In this document: positions 41,351-55,900 of the stretch, one piece after another | Layout of the letters: every line of letters starts with the position of its first letter | Numbering within the stretch: position 1 is the stretch's first letter | Assembly: GCA_030141605.1 (NCBI GenBank) | Contig: JAQGDQ010002366.1 | Location: 504,660 to 568,659, forward strand | Source of the DNA: Tubiluchus corallicola | Lineage: Eukaryota > Animalia > Priapulida | Direction of reading: 5' to 3' | Length of the DNA stretch: 64,000 nucleotides | The notes under the pieces: generated by a model | Told to the model about the DNA's origin: nothing | Seen by the model: the letters and a program-made list of their open reading frames with translations, nothing else | The model's database searches: none | Translations under genes and position numbers: made by a program

Positions 41351-43942
41351 ATGATGTGTTGCTGGAATTACTAATTCTATGGCTGTAAACTAAGCATGCA
41401 ACTACGAGAATCTAAACTGATGCTGCTTCCGCAACTACCATTATTACACGCTTGAATCATTGCAGAAAGTGATTTATATTTACATTAGTGCTAATTGTCT
41501 TCGCTTGGTAGTCAATCAGTTGAGAACTATAGTCCACGCCGTAGTTCAGTACAAGACCAGTTCTAAAAACGTACCAAAGCAATACTAAATTAGTATTTTG
41601 CTGTGCTAATTATGCTAATAATCGGTAAAACTGCATTTGAAAAGTGCTATTGTTGTTTATATCATAGTAATAATTATGGCGACTCGCAATAACAAAAAAC
41701 ACTTACATTATGAAAGAAAAGAGACAATTTTGCAAAAAAATGAAACGATGCCTCTAGAACTATCGGAACCAGAGAGCAATGTCAGCTTTTCCTTTGCTCG
41801 GGGAGTAATCGACCAAGATATTTGCTGCATTTTAGACTATTTTGTGGCTCTTGGAAGCAGAAAAAATTTTTATCAATTCAGTATTAACAATAATGTCAAT
41901 TTAGGTCTGTATAGTTAAAAAGAAAAATAGCTATGTTGGAATTCTTATGCATATATTATGCTTTACAATTATTTTATACAAACTGATGTCATAGAAAAGT
42001 TGCTTCTATACAGGAAGTGGTAATGTGTGAAATGCACTGGTTACATCAAGGTTTCTCCAAAGCAAAAGTAGTGCTAAATTTTTATTTGTTAATTTCATTT
42101 TTTAATTTTTATTTTAATTCAGTACACATAATACTATGTTACATATATTTTACAATACACATAAAAATTATTGATGAAACAGATTAAAAATACTGACTTA
42201 CCTTGCCTAAAATTTACAACTTAATCACATAATATGTTTCGCTAGTTTAAAAAACAGAGAAATGAAACATCAAAGTTTATACAGCCACAAACTAAACTGT
42301 CATTATTACTTGTAGATATGCAATTTCTTAAGCTATAGCAGCTCTTCCTTATTATTACTTTTAAAGTGCAGAACCTCATGTGTACGTATTTAAGACGCTT
42401 TCGTAGACTCGTAATATCTAAAAATACTTATACTCTGATCTGAATTTCTCAATATCTCCTACAGGAGTTATGGAGCTGCTACATCCATAAGCTACTACAA
42501 TAAATTCCACTGCACTGCGATTTGAACAAAATACTTTTTACTTCCTTTGAACTATATTTAAATTCATGACATAGTGTATAAGCGCTTTCATATAATAATC
42601 TTAACTGTTTAAAACGGTTATAGAATGCATATTGCTATGGCAATAATTGCTTAGATTACACGTACAAGATTAGAATAGCCTCACTTCTAACTAAAAAGCA
42701 AACACAAACAAATCTAAATAAAACTTAAACGTGGTATAATTTTCTATTTACAACTAATAAACTGTTGTACTTGTGGCCACAGTTATCGTGTTGTATTTTG
42801 AAAGTAAAGTAGTACCTGCCATAGTATCATTACACTGAACAATTTAGATATAATTTTAATGCACGATTTTATAAAAGCCGGGCTTACGTCATTCACCTCT
42901 CTTGTATTTCTCTAAAGAGAGCATGAAGTCATCACGAAGTCCCTTAAAAATATTTTATAAGACCGATAATTGATATTGATTGCGTCTGCAAGCATTACTT
43001 GAAGTATATTCGCCAACTACGTATGTAAAATTATAACTAATTATAAAAAGAACTTGGTGAAAAGGATAAAATCTTACATGCTTATTTTTATACTTATTAA
43101 TTATTACAGGCATCATTAACAGAAAAGCGCCGATATATAAATGACAATGGGTTTTGGATTTAAACCAGTACTTATATTATAATAGGCATATGTAAACAAA
43201 TTTCATTGTACAATATTATTTTAATTAGAATATTCTGTAATGTTGTGTATCACATTAAAGGCACACTTAAGCGGTGTATCTCCTTATGTCTCTTGAACTG
43301 TCTTCTGCACTATGTGACTATTTTTATTGATTGAAAATGATTCAATGTTTTCATTTGTTTTACTGTAAATTTTTAATAGATGTCAAATAAACTAAACAAT
43401 GCAAGCAGACTGTAATGCGTCTGTTTAACTACATATTTACATATAGCACTACGCTTATTCTTTTTAACTGACATGTCAAGTTTACCACAGTAAATATAAC
43501 AGCACTTCGTGTTCATTGTAGTCGAGCTTGAACTATAATCCCAGTCAAAGTCGTTATAAAATGAGTCCGAATGCGAGTCCTTAACTTAGTGGACTTGAGG
43601 ATGGTAGCCATTAATAAGTTTGTCTATTCGCTATTTATATTTTTTAATATTTTATAATATATTAGTTGCGACACAATAGCTTAAAACAGCAAAGCCAAAC
43701 AGTACTCACATAATAAATTATTATGTTTGGCCGACTAGTCTGCTAGTAATAACTATAATACAGATCAAGTTCTCCGCTTACAAAAAGTTCAAAAAAGTTT
43801 AAAAAGTTCAAAATGCAAAATGCATTAAAAAGACAAACAATAAGACTGCTTTCCCATTCACTGTATCTGCATATTGTTAACATGTTGTTCTTCGTGTATA
43901 ATTAAGCCTGCTTTACATAGCGTGCATGATCAAACTCTTGGC

Positions 43943-46900
43943 CTACTCTTGGGTACTAACTTCTAACAGCTCTCTTTGCTTGCGGTTTCTTAACTTCACT
44001 GGTGAATGAAGAAATCTAGAAAACAACATAATGCATTAATATTCTGCCATTTGCTATGTGCAGCCTAAGTTAGTTTTTGAACAAAACAGTTTTGCCGAAA
44101 AAATTGTCTTACTTTCGATCAATGTGCATTGTCAGCCTGTTTTTTATTATGACTACGTCAAACTCTAAAAAGGGTAGGAAATATATAGATGTAAAGTAAC
44201 CAGAAATGGTTCTTAAACTTTGGTAGGTAGCGCATTCTTAATTAACTATACTTACACAAGTTACGACAGCGGCTTAATAATCATACCGGAGCATATAATC
44301 AATGTTTTGGTTAATTGTTTGTTTTCAATTATCGAGAAAAGTTGTGTAAATATAAATTTGTAATTGATTGTCAATTTCTTCAGGCCCAACAATGAAAATA
44401 AATCTTTTATAGACTTTTTTGCATAACTCTGCCATGTTTTCCGAAATAAACAGTACTACTGCAACAATCTGTCTGACTGTTACCTGTAACACTGCCTTTC
44501 TCCGTTGATTTTCTTCAATATGTTCACTCTATAATAGTATCGGAGAGCTCTGGACAGTTTGTCAAATGTCATCTGGGAATGATTCTTCTGCACTCCCCAC
44601 ATTCGAGCAAGTTCTTCTGGTTCAGCAATGTGAAACACGGCGTTGGATCGATCCTTCCATCTGATGATATGCTTGTAAGCTTGCGGATTCTCAAGCAATT
44701 GATAAAGAAAGTCCCACAAAAGGCGCACGCCTGTATACCGCAAAAACACACAGTTAGAACATAAACAGTAATTTCGGATTTTAAAATCCTTTTTCAGGGT
44801 AACCATACTTAAAGTAAAAGCTCAAACAATTTCATACAAGCCACAGTTTCTTATTTGGATACAGCAAAAAACGCTCTAAAGTCTATTGTAAATCTCCAAA
44901 AATTCTCTAAAACCAAGGTTTCCCATAAAAACACTGGCTTGACAGAAATAATACGAGATTAACTTGCCCACTGCCTTTATTATTCCTATAAGCTGGTGAA
45001 GGATATTTAACAAAATCTTAAAACTTGATTTTAAAGAATATTATTGGGGTTTTACAGCCCAGATTACTGGTGCAAACACTAAAAAAGATATTCGCTTATT
45101 TTAAAGTGGCTTTTTTTGTCAGATCATAGTGGTTAAACCAATAGCCGCAGATTTTGAATACATGGTTACCGTATTTCATTCAACTTGATTAGAAATTATC
45201 AGTGCTAAAATGACCGAGTACAATCAGTACTGTATTTCTGACAAAAACGTGCTTTCCGTTAGTAATTAAATCAACATACATGTACAAATAAATGAATAAA
45301 CATAATTATGTATTGCTGTAAAATAAACTGTTGCAAGACTGCCTGATAGCCGCACCTTCCCCTTCCACATATTCTGCAATATTTATGTTGCGAATAATTT
45401 GTGATCCCGCAATGTAAAATCAAATTCAATGTCGTATACGTATGTAGCTTAATTGCACTTCTTATAAGATATGAGTTTTTAACTACTAACTGACATTGTT
45501 TTTTTTGTTGTTATTTATTTCTGCAACTAACTCAATGAACGTATTGTAGTACAATAACTGGAAATAAGTCGTATATAGGCATAATAATATTTAACTCAAT
45601 TAGTTGCAGCTCACTTGAATTGTTAATAGAGAGAGGCGGTTCGTTGTCTTCTTCAGAAGAATAACTTCTACTGCAGCCATCATCTGCAATTACAATACAT
45701 AAAGAATCAACAATATTTATAATCAAAACAAAAACAATAATGGCTCAAGAAAAAGATACATTTGATTCCGAATGGCTAAACAATTACTGTTGTTCGCAGC
45801 GCATTACAACTATTGAGGAAAGAGCGAAACATCAACATGTGGTAAGAATAACGGCTGGTTCATAATACCTGCTTGAAGTTATTTGATTAAATCAATTTAG
45901 TAAGTTTATGTCGTTTTATACTATTTCTTTCCCTCATTGGTTACTTATTATCGCAAGTTAAAACGCTGAAGAATATATTATATGTCTAAATAAAAAACGA
46001 TATTAAAAATAGTACAGATTCTAAGCCATTTTCCAAAATAAGCCGCTATCTATATTAATACTGAAAGAGATAATAATACTGTTGGAAAAGTGTATTTTCA
46101 GTATGGATGTACACGTAAAGCTGACAATGTAGTCGCTGGTTGTGCCGCAGAGGCGGGGTTCAATTAAATCTCTAAGCTAATATTTAATTACCAGAAACAT
46201 TTGGTAATTATTGTACATGATAACATGTACATGTGCTTTAGTCACTTATTAAAATAAGATTATGGCCTAACTAAGATCTCTGTTTTCCTTTAAGTATTCA
46301 GTAAACTTAAAACACCAACAAATTGCGCATAATTTTGGTATAACCGATGTCTAATAATCTTAAAAAACTAAAGGGCTGTTAGTGACTCCATGTAATGTCA
46401 GATAGGACTACGATTGTCAGGTAAATTCTGGTTCAAAGCAAACATTGACAAGGTTTGATAATAATTGATAATACACTTATTTACCGCAGATATGATCACA
46501 AACATCCGGGAACAGAATTACTGATAAACTGTCATTACTGGAAATTACCCGAGGAAAGTCTACAGCAGTAAACGCAATAGCAGGTGGATTCCATATTGTG
46601 TTACTTTTACTTGTAGGTCTAAACTCTCTAACGTCTTCACTGGTGTAATTTTTTTAATAATTGCAAACAATAGTACTTTCTTTTTTAGGCAAACGGGTCA
46701 TGATAATGAAGGTAATAGACACGACACACACATTCACACTACATACCATCAGACATTTAAAATTTATTTTATAATAAAAGTGTTTTTTCAAAATAATTTA
46801 ATAAATTAAATTGGCATTAAGTAATAGTAATTTGGTATTATTGTCTTAAACAGCATAATGATTCAAATTTTTAAGACAATACTTTATGGTTAAGCTAGTT

Positions 46901-49900
46901 GCTCATAAGCTTAAAGTGTATTTCGTTTAGATGTTCCAATAATATATTCCGCGAAAATATTGTGAAGATCCGCAGAACTTGAATTTTGATTTACAGTAAC
47001 TGTAAACTGATGTCAAAGTAGGCTTACAAGACGGTTAGTTGAACTTAGGTCATTTTTGCATTAGCTTTTTGCGTAATGTAAACTGATGGCAGATAAAAAT
47101 CAAGATTTCAAAGTAAAAACAACACAAGAACTGAAACCAAAACAAGAACTTGTCGGAAAATATGTACTATAGCAAAAGCGCGCTTTATTTGCACAGAATT
47201 CATAATTTATGGCTGTCAGTTTTGATGGTTATCGACTGGTAAACATGATTCGACACACGGTTTATTTCAGTTCACCAATTAAACCAAATGTACCAAATAA
47301 ATAAAACAGAATTTAATTTTTGTACTATGAATAAGTTAAGATCTATATTTCGATGCACCATTTTTGCAGCAGGTGAAATTCTCTTGTTGACTGATGTTCT
47401 GTTACGTGCAGTCTGATGTATTCAGTCTAACGTACGTTATTTATTAATTTTTACCTTACATGAACAGTCCATATAAATGAAGATTTTCCTTGCGCGGTTT
47501 ACAATAGTACATAGAAGTGATTCGCGTAAAAATATAAAATAATTAACATAAAAAATAAAGAATATCCTCATTAATGTTACATAAAAGCGTGGTTGTAAAG
47601 CTTGATCAGAGTTGAAAATAAAATAAAATACACTGTAACTAACGACTGTTTTAAGTACTTCCATGAATTTCTATTTAAATGTTTCAAATTTCGTAATTTT
47701 ACTTAATTTAGTTTTAATTGCATACTGACTGTAATGTTTCCTTGCTCTGACTGTAGACCGCCTTGTACCAGAGTTTAATTTTGTAGTAGGAATAAAAAGG
47801 AAATTTGACCGTCTAGTGGTCTGCGAGATCGTTTTGCAACTGAAATTTAGCTGTTTATGGATGTAATAGTAATAATATAATATAATGTAATGTAATGTAA
47901 TGTAATATAATATAATATAATATAATATAATATAATATAATATAATATAATATAATATAATATAATATAATATAATATAATATAATATAATATAATATAA
48001 TATAATATAATATAATATAATATAATATAATATAATATAATATAATATAATATAATATAATATAATATAATAATATAATATAATATAATATAATATAATA
48101 TAATATAATATAATATAATATAATATAATATAATATAATATAATATAATATAATATAATATAATATAATATAATATAATATAATATAATATAATATAATA
48201 TAATATAATATAATATAATATAATATAATATAATATAATATAATATAATATAATATAATATAATATAATATTATATTATATTATATTATATTATATTATA
48301 TTATATTATATTATATTATAATATATTATATTATAATATAATATAATATAATATAATATAATATAATATAATATAATATAATATAATATAATATAATATA
48401 ATATAATATAATATAATATAATATAATATAATATAATATAATATAATATAATATAATATAATATAATATAATATAATATAATATAATATAATATAATATA
48501 ATATAATATAATTTGGTACTCGGAAGCTCAAAGACATTTTGCAAGCGGTCAAAAAAGAAGCTAACATGCTGCTTTAAAAACGTGTAATTAATAGCCAGCT
48601 TGTTATAGCTTTTATATAATCTTTCGTATATATATAATAATTATGTTTTCCCAAATTTCACTATGAATTCATCGTAAATTAGAAACTTTAATTAAAAATT
48701 AAAATACTCACTGCTCATGTAAGCTTCAGGATTTGGTAAGCTTTGCTTCAACTTTTCCCCACTGGGCCCACTGACTGGGCTTACTGGTGGGCTAATAGGT
48801 AGCACATCTACAGAATTAAGATACCAATTAGTTGTTAAATTTTTAAAGAGATTAAAAAATTATTTTATGTACATTACAGATAAAAGTACGTGAATAATTC
48901 ACGCAATTACGATATGTGAATAATAGTAGTACACGGACACAATGCAGTTATAAAATTCAAACAATTCAATAAAAACGCGGTTATTAGAAAAAAGAGTATG
49001 AAGAGCTTATTTTCTGTTTTTAACTCCTTCGCGAACATGGGCTTCTCGAGAAAGCGTCCAGGGATAGAAAAGCTGATAGGCTAGAGGAACACATAGTTAT
49101 CATCTGTTCGTTGATAAGACAGACAACAAACAAACACTCGAGATGACCCGTAAGAACGTACTAGGAGATATATATAATAAAAATACCCAAAATTTCCTGA
49201 TACACACACGAAACTTTTACCTATTTTTACATAAAAAATGATTTTGTATGTCAACAAGAAACCTTAACTTACATAAAAATGTAAATTTATTTAAAAAATA
49301 AAATCAGCATTTGAAAAAATAAATGAACTTTGAGTGAGTGACTGGTTGATTGAATAAATGAATGGATAAATGAATAAATGAATGACTGAGTGAGTGAATG
49401 AATGACTGAATGAATAAAGCAAAGTAAACAAACGAACAAATCCAAAATATTCAGAATTTGTTACTACAGCAATCTTTCGTGTAACGTTAATTTTACAACA
49501 TATAAAAGAAGCAAAGATAATTATTGTATTATTTCTTAAGGTATCAAATTAATTTCTAATGCGTTAATAACTATTAAATTACTAACAGTATTATAGAACC
49601 AAGAATGAGATGGTGATAAGAACCAATGTGTTCTCCAAACTTTATTTAATAATAAAAATTTTATAAATCCCATAGAGGGATTTTGTGTAGAAAATATAAA
49701 TTATTAGGTAGTTGCACTATGACCAGGGGCGTACTGAGACATTACGATGCCCCAGGCAGATAAATCAGACCTGCCTATCTCTATTGTGGATTTATTGTGA
49801 AATAATTTGAAGCGCATTCGGAATTACATGTGGTGCATCAGTAGCATTATTACCTGGTACTTAAATGGTCATTGTTAATTACAAATATTTGCAGAGCCTT

Positions 49901-52900
49901 TATATTCGGGTGGACTGCGCAGCTGTTTGTGGTGCAGCACCTCTTACGTAATAATTGTACTTTTTTTATCACTTATACGGCACATACATAAAACCGGCAC
50001 TGTAACTGCTTGTGGTGCGTTATAAAATGGGCACGTTATATGAACATAGAAGGATGCGTATTTTCCGAAGAGAATAATAATTTTTGAAAATTTTTAATTT
50101 TGTGCTCTAAAATCTGGCGCCCTAGCTTACCCTCCTCTTAGCCTTTTAGTAAATACGCCCCTGACTTGTGTTAAACCTGAAATACACCTGCTTGTAAATT
50201 ACTGCATTAATTACTCGCTTTATTTACGCGCATTGCTGGAAATTTCCGACAAGTTATAAAAACTTCTTTGATGATTCACCATAAAATCTGAAAAAACATT
50301 CATTATTCAGCGGCTGATTCTGTAACTGGTCCATACTGAAGGTGCAGTATCAGCTTATAATCTGCTCTTATTTGCATTGCCTATAGAAATCTTGCCCTTT
50401 GCGATTTTACATTATTAAGAGCCGGATTAACCAACAGACCAAGTAGACCATTGGCCTAGAACCCAGAGCATCTGGGGACCCACTGAAACTAATTTGATGC
50501 ACAGCGTGCCAGCGAATAACCTTGTTTCAAGTATACACCGGGTATTTCATTCCTATTACAATATATTCAATAACTATAAGGGCCACTGTAAAGTAAGAAC
50601 AGGGCCCGTGGTACGGGGCCCCTGTAAAAAAAGTATAGGCCCACAGTGTCACTATACATATTGGATGCTGGAAATATGCCAACATTTCTATAAATTTAGG
50701 GACCCACTCATGAGCTTGGTATAGGGCCCATAAGTTGGTAAATACAGCCCTGATTTTAGCATGTGCCATTTCTAATATTGGTAACTCATCAGTTTGTTAC
50801 AGATATTGTAAAATATCAGTGATAACAAGCCAGAGTTCCTTACAATTTCGCTTGTTTGCGCACACGTTAATTGCCTATTCCTGTGTACTGAAGGTTTAAT
50901 ATAGATGTATTTCATTTTAATACATAGCTATGTAGAACAATATATTTTTTAGCACTGCAATTCATCTTTGGTGTATATGAAATTTAGTTTTTTTTGAACG
51001 GATTAAATTCTAACCAAAACTTAAGTATTCGCAGTAACAATTATATATGTTAATTAATAATCTTACTCTTGTAGTGCTTAGTACACAATACCTTTTTCCA
51101 TCAGCGGTTGACTGGAAGTCATCGGCAGCATTGAATAAGAAGATGACAAAGCACTGGATGTGAGATGTGTGTTATATCCTGCGAATGCGTAGCGAGCATA
51201 GGTTATATCTACAAAAAACGATCGACAAATTATTGTTGACTATCCAACGTCCCGTAAAATATTTTGCACATAACTATATTTTCGATAAAAATCACGCGCG
51301 AACATTCTACATAGTGTTCGGTTAGCATTCTTGAACTTTAATAGGCGGATAGATATTGGAAACTGGACTCCTTTTTTCAGGCAACTGACACTAATCTAGT
51401 TCATGTGTCGGGAGATTTTAACGCAGATTTTAGTCGTGATTACGGTTTGTGGCTAAATAAATGTGTAACGAGTATTTTTTCAGATAAACTTTTGTTACTG
51501 CTGAAACTTTTTCATACCATATTGCATCCCACAATTCTCGTTTATGGCTTGATCATATTTTTCAAATGCATAATTGCATTCGGGACATGCATGTTGAACA
51601 TGCCTTGAACACTTTTCTGTCATCTGTCATGACCATTTTTCTGTCATCTGTCTACTAAACATGGATCCAGGTGTGGCCTTAGTGGCCGTTCTAATATTAA
51701 ACATGCTGATTGAGAAAAGGCTACCCGAAATCAAGTTCAATCGTTAACAGATTCTGTTATTATACCTATTATTAAAACCAGACCTTTGGATATAACTAGC
51801 TGCGATAACCATAGATCAATAGCTATCTCTGCTGTAATTAGCAAATTTATTGAGCATGTCATTTCAGAAAGATTTATGGCTATTTTAAGTGCATCTGATT
51901 ATCAAGTGTATCTATGTGCGCTGAAGGAAATTCTTTATATGTGCAAAAGTCCTGCTAGTCCTGCTTTTGTGTGCTTTGCAGGGGCTAGCAAGGCTTTTGA
52001 TAGAGTTAATCGTCTCCTGTTTCAGAAATTAGAAAGTGTGGGTTTGCCGACGCCTGTACTAGAATTACTTGCCCGTGATGTTTCCATTAAACATTAATGA
52101 TCTTTCAAAAAAGTTATCAACTATGAGGTCTGCCACGTGTCGTTTAGGTGTACACCTATTAATCACTTATTTTATGCTGACGATCTGTGTTTAATTGCTC
52201 CCTCTACACCGGCATTACAGAAATGCTTGATTGCTGCGAAGAATATGCCATAATGGTATTGTAATTAATGCTTTCAAGATGAAAAATGTGTATTTTATTC
52301 CAAATGCTTTCAGAAATGTCAGTTTTGCTAATGTAACTTTGCAAGAGAACCGATTGAACTCGAACGTGAAATAAAATATCTTGGTCATATAATTAACGAT
52401 GAATGTAAAGACGATGCTGATATTTTAAATCAGTTGCGCCTTTTTATATTAGATTTAATATTCTTTGCAGAAATTTTTGTTCTTGCTCTGCTGATGTCAG
52501 ACGTGATCTATTTAAATCTTATTGTTCAACTTTTTACTGTTCTAACCTATGGATCACTTTTAATGTTGGTAATATTACGAAATTAAAAGCGGCCTACTAT
52601 TTTGCATCGACAACATTTTTTGCTTACCGCAGGGGGCACCACAGCATCTAAAATATGTGCTGAAAATGGCTGTAATCATTTTAAAGTCATTTTACGTAAA
52701 AATACTTTTAGCCTTCGTCAGCGAGTTTAAAATTTAAGCAATGAAGTCATACGTAGTTTTATTCTTAATACTGATGTCATTTTAACTTCGGATATTTTTG
52801 CTCATTGAAAATAACATTTTTTTACATATTTAGATTACTAATTGTCTGTTTTTTTGTGTAAATATTTATTTTATTTGTCTTGTAGTAATATTTTTATTGT

Positions 52901-55900
52901 GATTATTAAGTAAGCTTTGTTTATTATTCTATTGTACTTTTTACGTACTGAAATAAGTTTAAAATAAAAAATAATAAAATAAATGACCACATTAACTTAA
53001 AGCACAAGAAAACACTCTTCATATGTAAAAGCCTAAAATCGTCTTGAAATTTATTTCACTTACATGCTGCCTTATTGCGCACAGACCTTGCGTCAGCAGT
53101 AATGCTGTATAAAACTAGTAAATTCAAACTCCCGCGGTGACCGTTAGGCGCTGCCATTTTGACGGCAAAACATTTGAAATAAGTTTAGATAATATTGCGC
53201 ATAGTTTGAAAAAATAATGGGAACATTCGCAGCACATTCTTCGCTAACTAAGCAAATTATAGTATACATTACTGACTATCACCAGTAAGATCAATTATAT
53301 GTGTTTTCTACATGGCGTTCAGTCAAAATTTCGAAAAAAATCGGCTGGTTGGGTTCGGGAGAATACCGATTGTAGAAAACCGTGGCTACTCCGCGAATTA
53401 TAAATTGCTCTACTACACCCACTCCGGGTGATCTACCATTGCTAACACTAGTCACTCTACCCCCGGCACATTCCCGTTCTCTCAAAATAAGAGGTACAAT
53501 TTTTGTGAAAAAGAAAGGGCGAAAATGGCCATTTTAGAGGTTTTTGACCCCCGTTTCTCCTGGAGGCCATGACCACACTAGATCGAGAGCTTTCATAGAT
53601 CACCGAGAATGGTGCAATTATTGGTGCAGATACCAGCAGGATCAATTATGTTAAACGTTGATCTTTGTGCGTAACTTAACGCAACGCATTAAAACAAGAT
53701 GTTTCCAAAACACTTTTAGCCTTTGTTTTGTAAATCTTTGTATTTTTGTTGTAATTTTGCAAAAAGTTTACGTATGTATGTTATTGTAATGTATATGCCA
53801 ATAAATAAATTCTATATTCTGGTTACTATGAAATACCAAAGTGGAATTTAATGCTTATTTTTAAATGTTAATAAATCAATTTGGAATATTCATAATTCAT
53901 TTTTTAATATTAATAAATCATTTACAAATAGCCAAAATTGTTTTATTAATATTAAAAAATTATTTATGAATATGATTTAAGATTATTCATAATTGATTTA
54001 TTAATATTAAAAATTTAGAGCGAATTATGAATATTCATCAACGATTTTTTTAATATATTATTCAAAATTGATTTATTAATATTTATAAATAATTTATTAA
54101 TACTAAAAAGCATTAAATTCCACATTGGCGTCCCACAGGTTAGCAGTAACTTTCTGCAGAATTCCTAACAGACCATTGACTGTTTTGATTCATATACAGG
54201 TGCAAGCCAACTTGCTCATTCGGTCGTTGTTAGAAACATTGAATAGCATTGAACACTGCTGGAGTAATTCGATCTGAATTAAGAATCCACGAGCGTATGG
54301 AAATGTAGTGCTACCTTTCTACTTGATGGAAAAGTAGTACCATATTTTAATTGGATGGAAAAGAAATGTCACCTTTCAAGTCGATGCAGTTTTAAAATTT
54401 ATCATGAAATTAACACAAATCCAATTCTTAAAGACAAGAATAGTGATAATTAACGAAAAAAGCCAATAGTTAAGAAAGAAAGAAAAGGGCGACATTTTAA
54501 GACATTGCCATGGTTTATAAAAGATAAAGATAAGATAAGATGTACTTTATTCTAGGTAAAAACCCATAATATCAAGACACACATACAATAAAAACTGCTA
54601 CATATGTACAATAGTTACTACGTCACACACACATAACCACTTGAAAGTTATTTACAGATAAAATACACGTACAAGATTAAAGATTTAAAATTAATAGATG
54701 TCTTTTTGTAACGGCTGCTGTAATCTAAAGAACTGAGCTCTTATGAGTCCGACATTTAGCATCTTTGATGCGTGTGTAAAATAAATCTGGAAATATTATA
54801 TTATAATAATTTTAAAGGTCTGATGGCACTTGAGAGATTGTTAGACAGTTCTGTACTTAACAGACTTAAATTACTGCATATTTCTATACGTTCATCGTCA
54901 TGACTGTCGTTGTGTCACAGTGATCTACAGCACAAGTAGTTTAGTAAATTGCAAAAGCGTTGTGCACATTACAAATGTAGCACATGATGGCCTTACAGTT
55001 TCTGTATACAGGACTACTGGCCTACTCACCGTATGATCGTAATAAACATTGTAAAGCGTTGTACAAGATATCCCCATTTACTGGAAACCGATTTCTAAAA
55101 TCCACTTTATCTAACAAACAGAAGGCTTTTCCTGCGTGCAACACAAAAAACCAAAGTTTTAATCGAATACTTAATAAGAAAGTACTTATTAGTCTTTTCA
55201 GTTCGCTACCTAAATTAATACACTTTAACTTTGTCTTCAGCTTTACATCTTATTTTTACTAAAGTGTATTAATTTATGTAGCGAACTGAAAAGACTAATA
55301 AGCACTTTCTTAGGCGCTTAACAATAATTTACGTTAAAAGTGATACATAAGATTTATAATTTAAACAGCTACATGACAACATATCACATATTTATACTAA
55401 TAAGAATATGCAGGAGTACAATTGCTGACTTACACAAGTTTCATCCAAAAAGATCTATTTAACACACTATTAGCTATCAAAAATACAGAGACATGGGAAG
55501 TTTCTGGAGACAGGGCAGCGTGGTTGCATTAATATTACTACGCTACATCACTGAAAACAAATTTTTGCGTATTAATGGCATCTGTTGAAAATGCGCACGC
55601 CAGTTGATTTAACAGTTACGTCATCAGTTATCAGTGAATGTTTTAACTCACCATTTAATTGCGAATTTGATTTAATGTCAACGTTTAGTGAGTATTCTGA
55701 AGCACAATAATTTAGCCAAACAGCAACGTCTTCTTTCGACCATTCCATTGGATGAAGCTGAAACACTGAGGACACCAACATGATGCAAACTTTGCACAAA
55801 AATAGTGAATGTTTTTATCGTACTGAATTTGTTCTGAATAACCATTTAACGTATCGTGATCGGTAATAACACTGTATTCAACATTGTTGCACTTATTCGC

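Noticed and set aside
46486-47849. Two open stretches with splice-like ends (about 46486-46640 and 47726-47849, minus strand)
   Set aside because: Their phases do not join the phase-1 exon at 48712 and they show no recognisable similarity.
48326-48567. ORFs with YYIIL repeats, and the poly-N/poly-I ORFs at 19989-20292
   Set aside because: These are translations of microsatellites.
53064-53104. Candidate 41-nt yan exon with good AG/GT sites
   Set aside because: Inclusion breaks the frame or creates a stop. It may be a poison exon, but I have no support for that.
54955-54980. KALCTL motif resembling the PNT domain
   Set aside because: It is on the wrong strand; the real exon is 55131-55030 on the minus strand.
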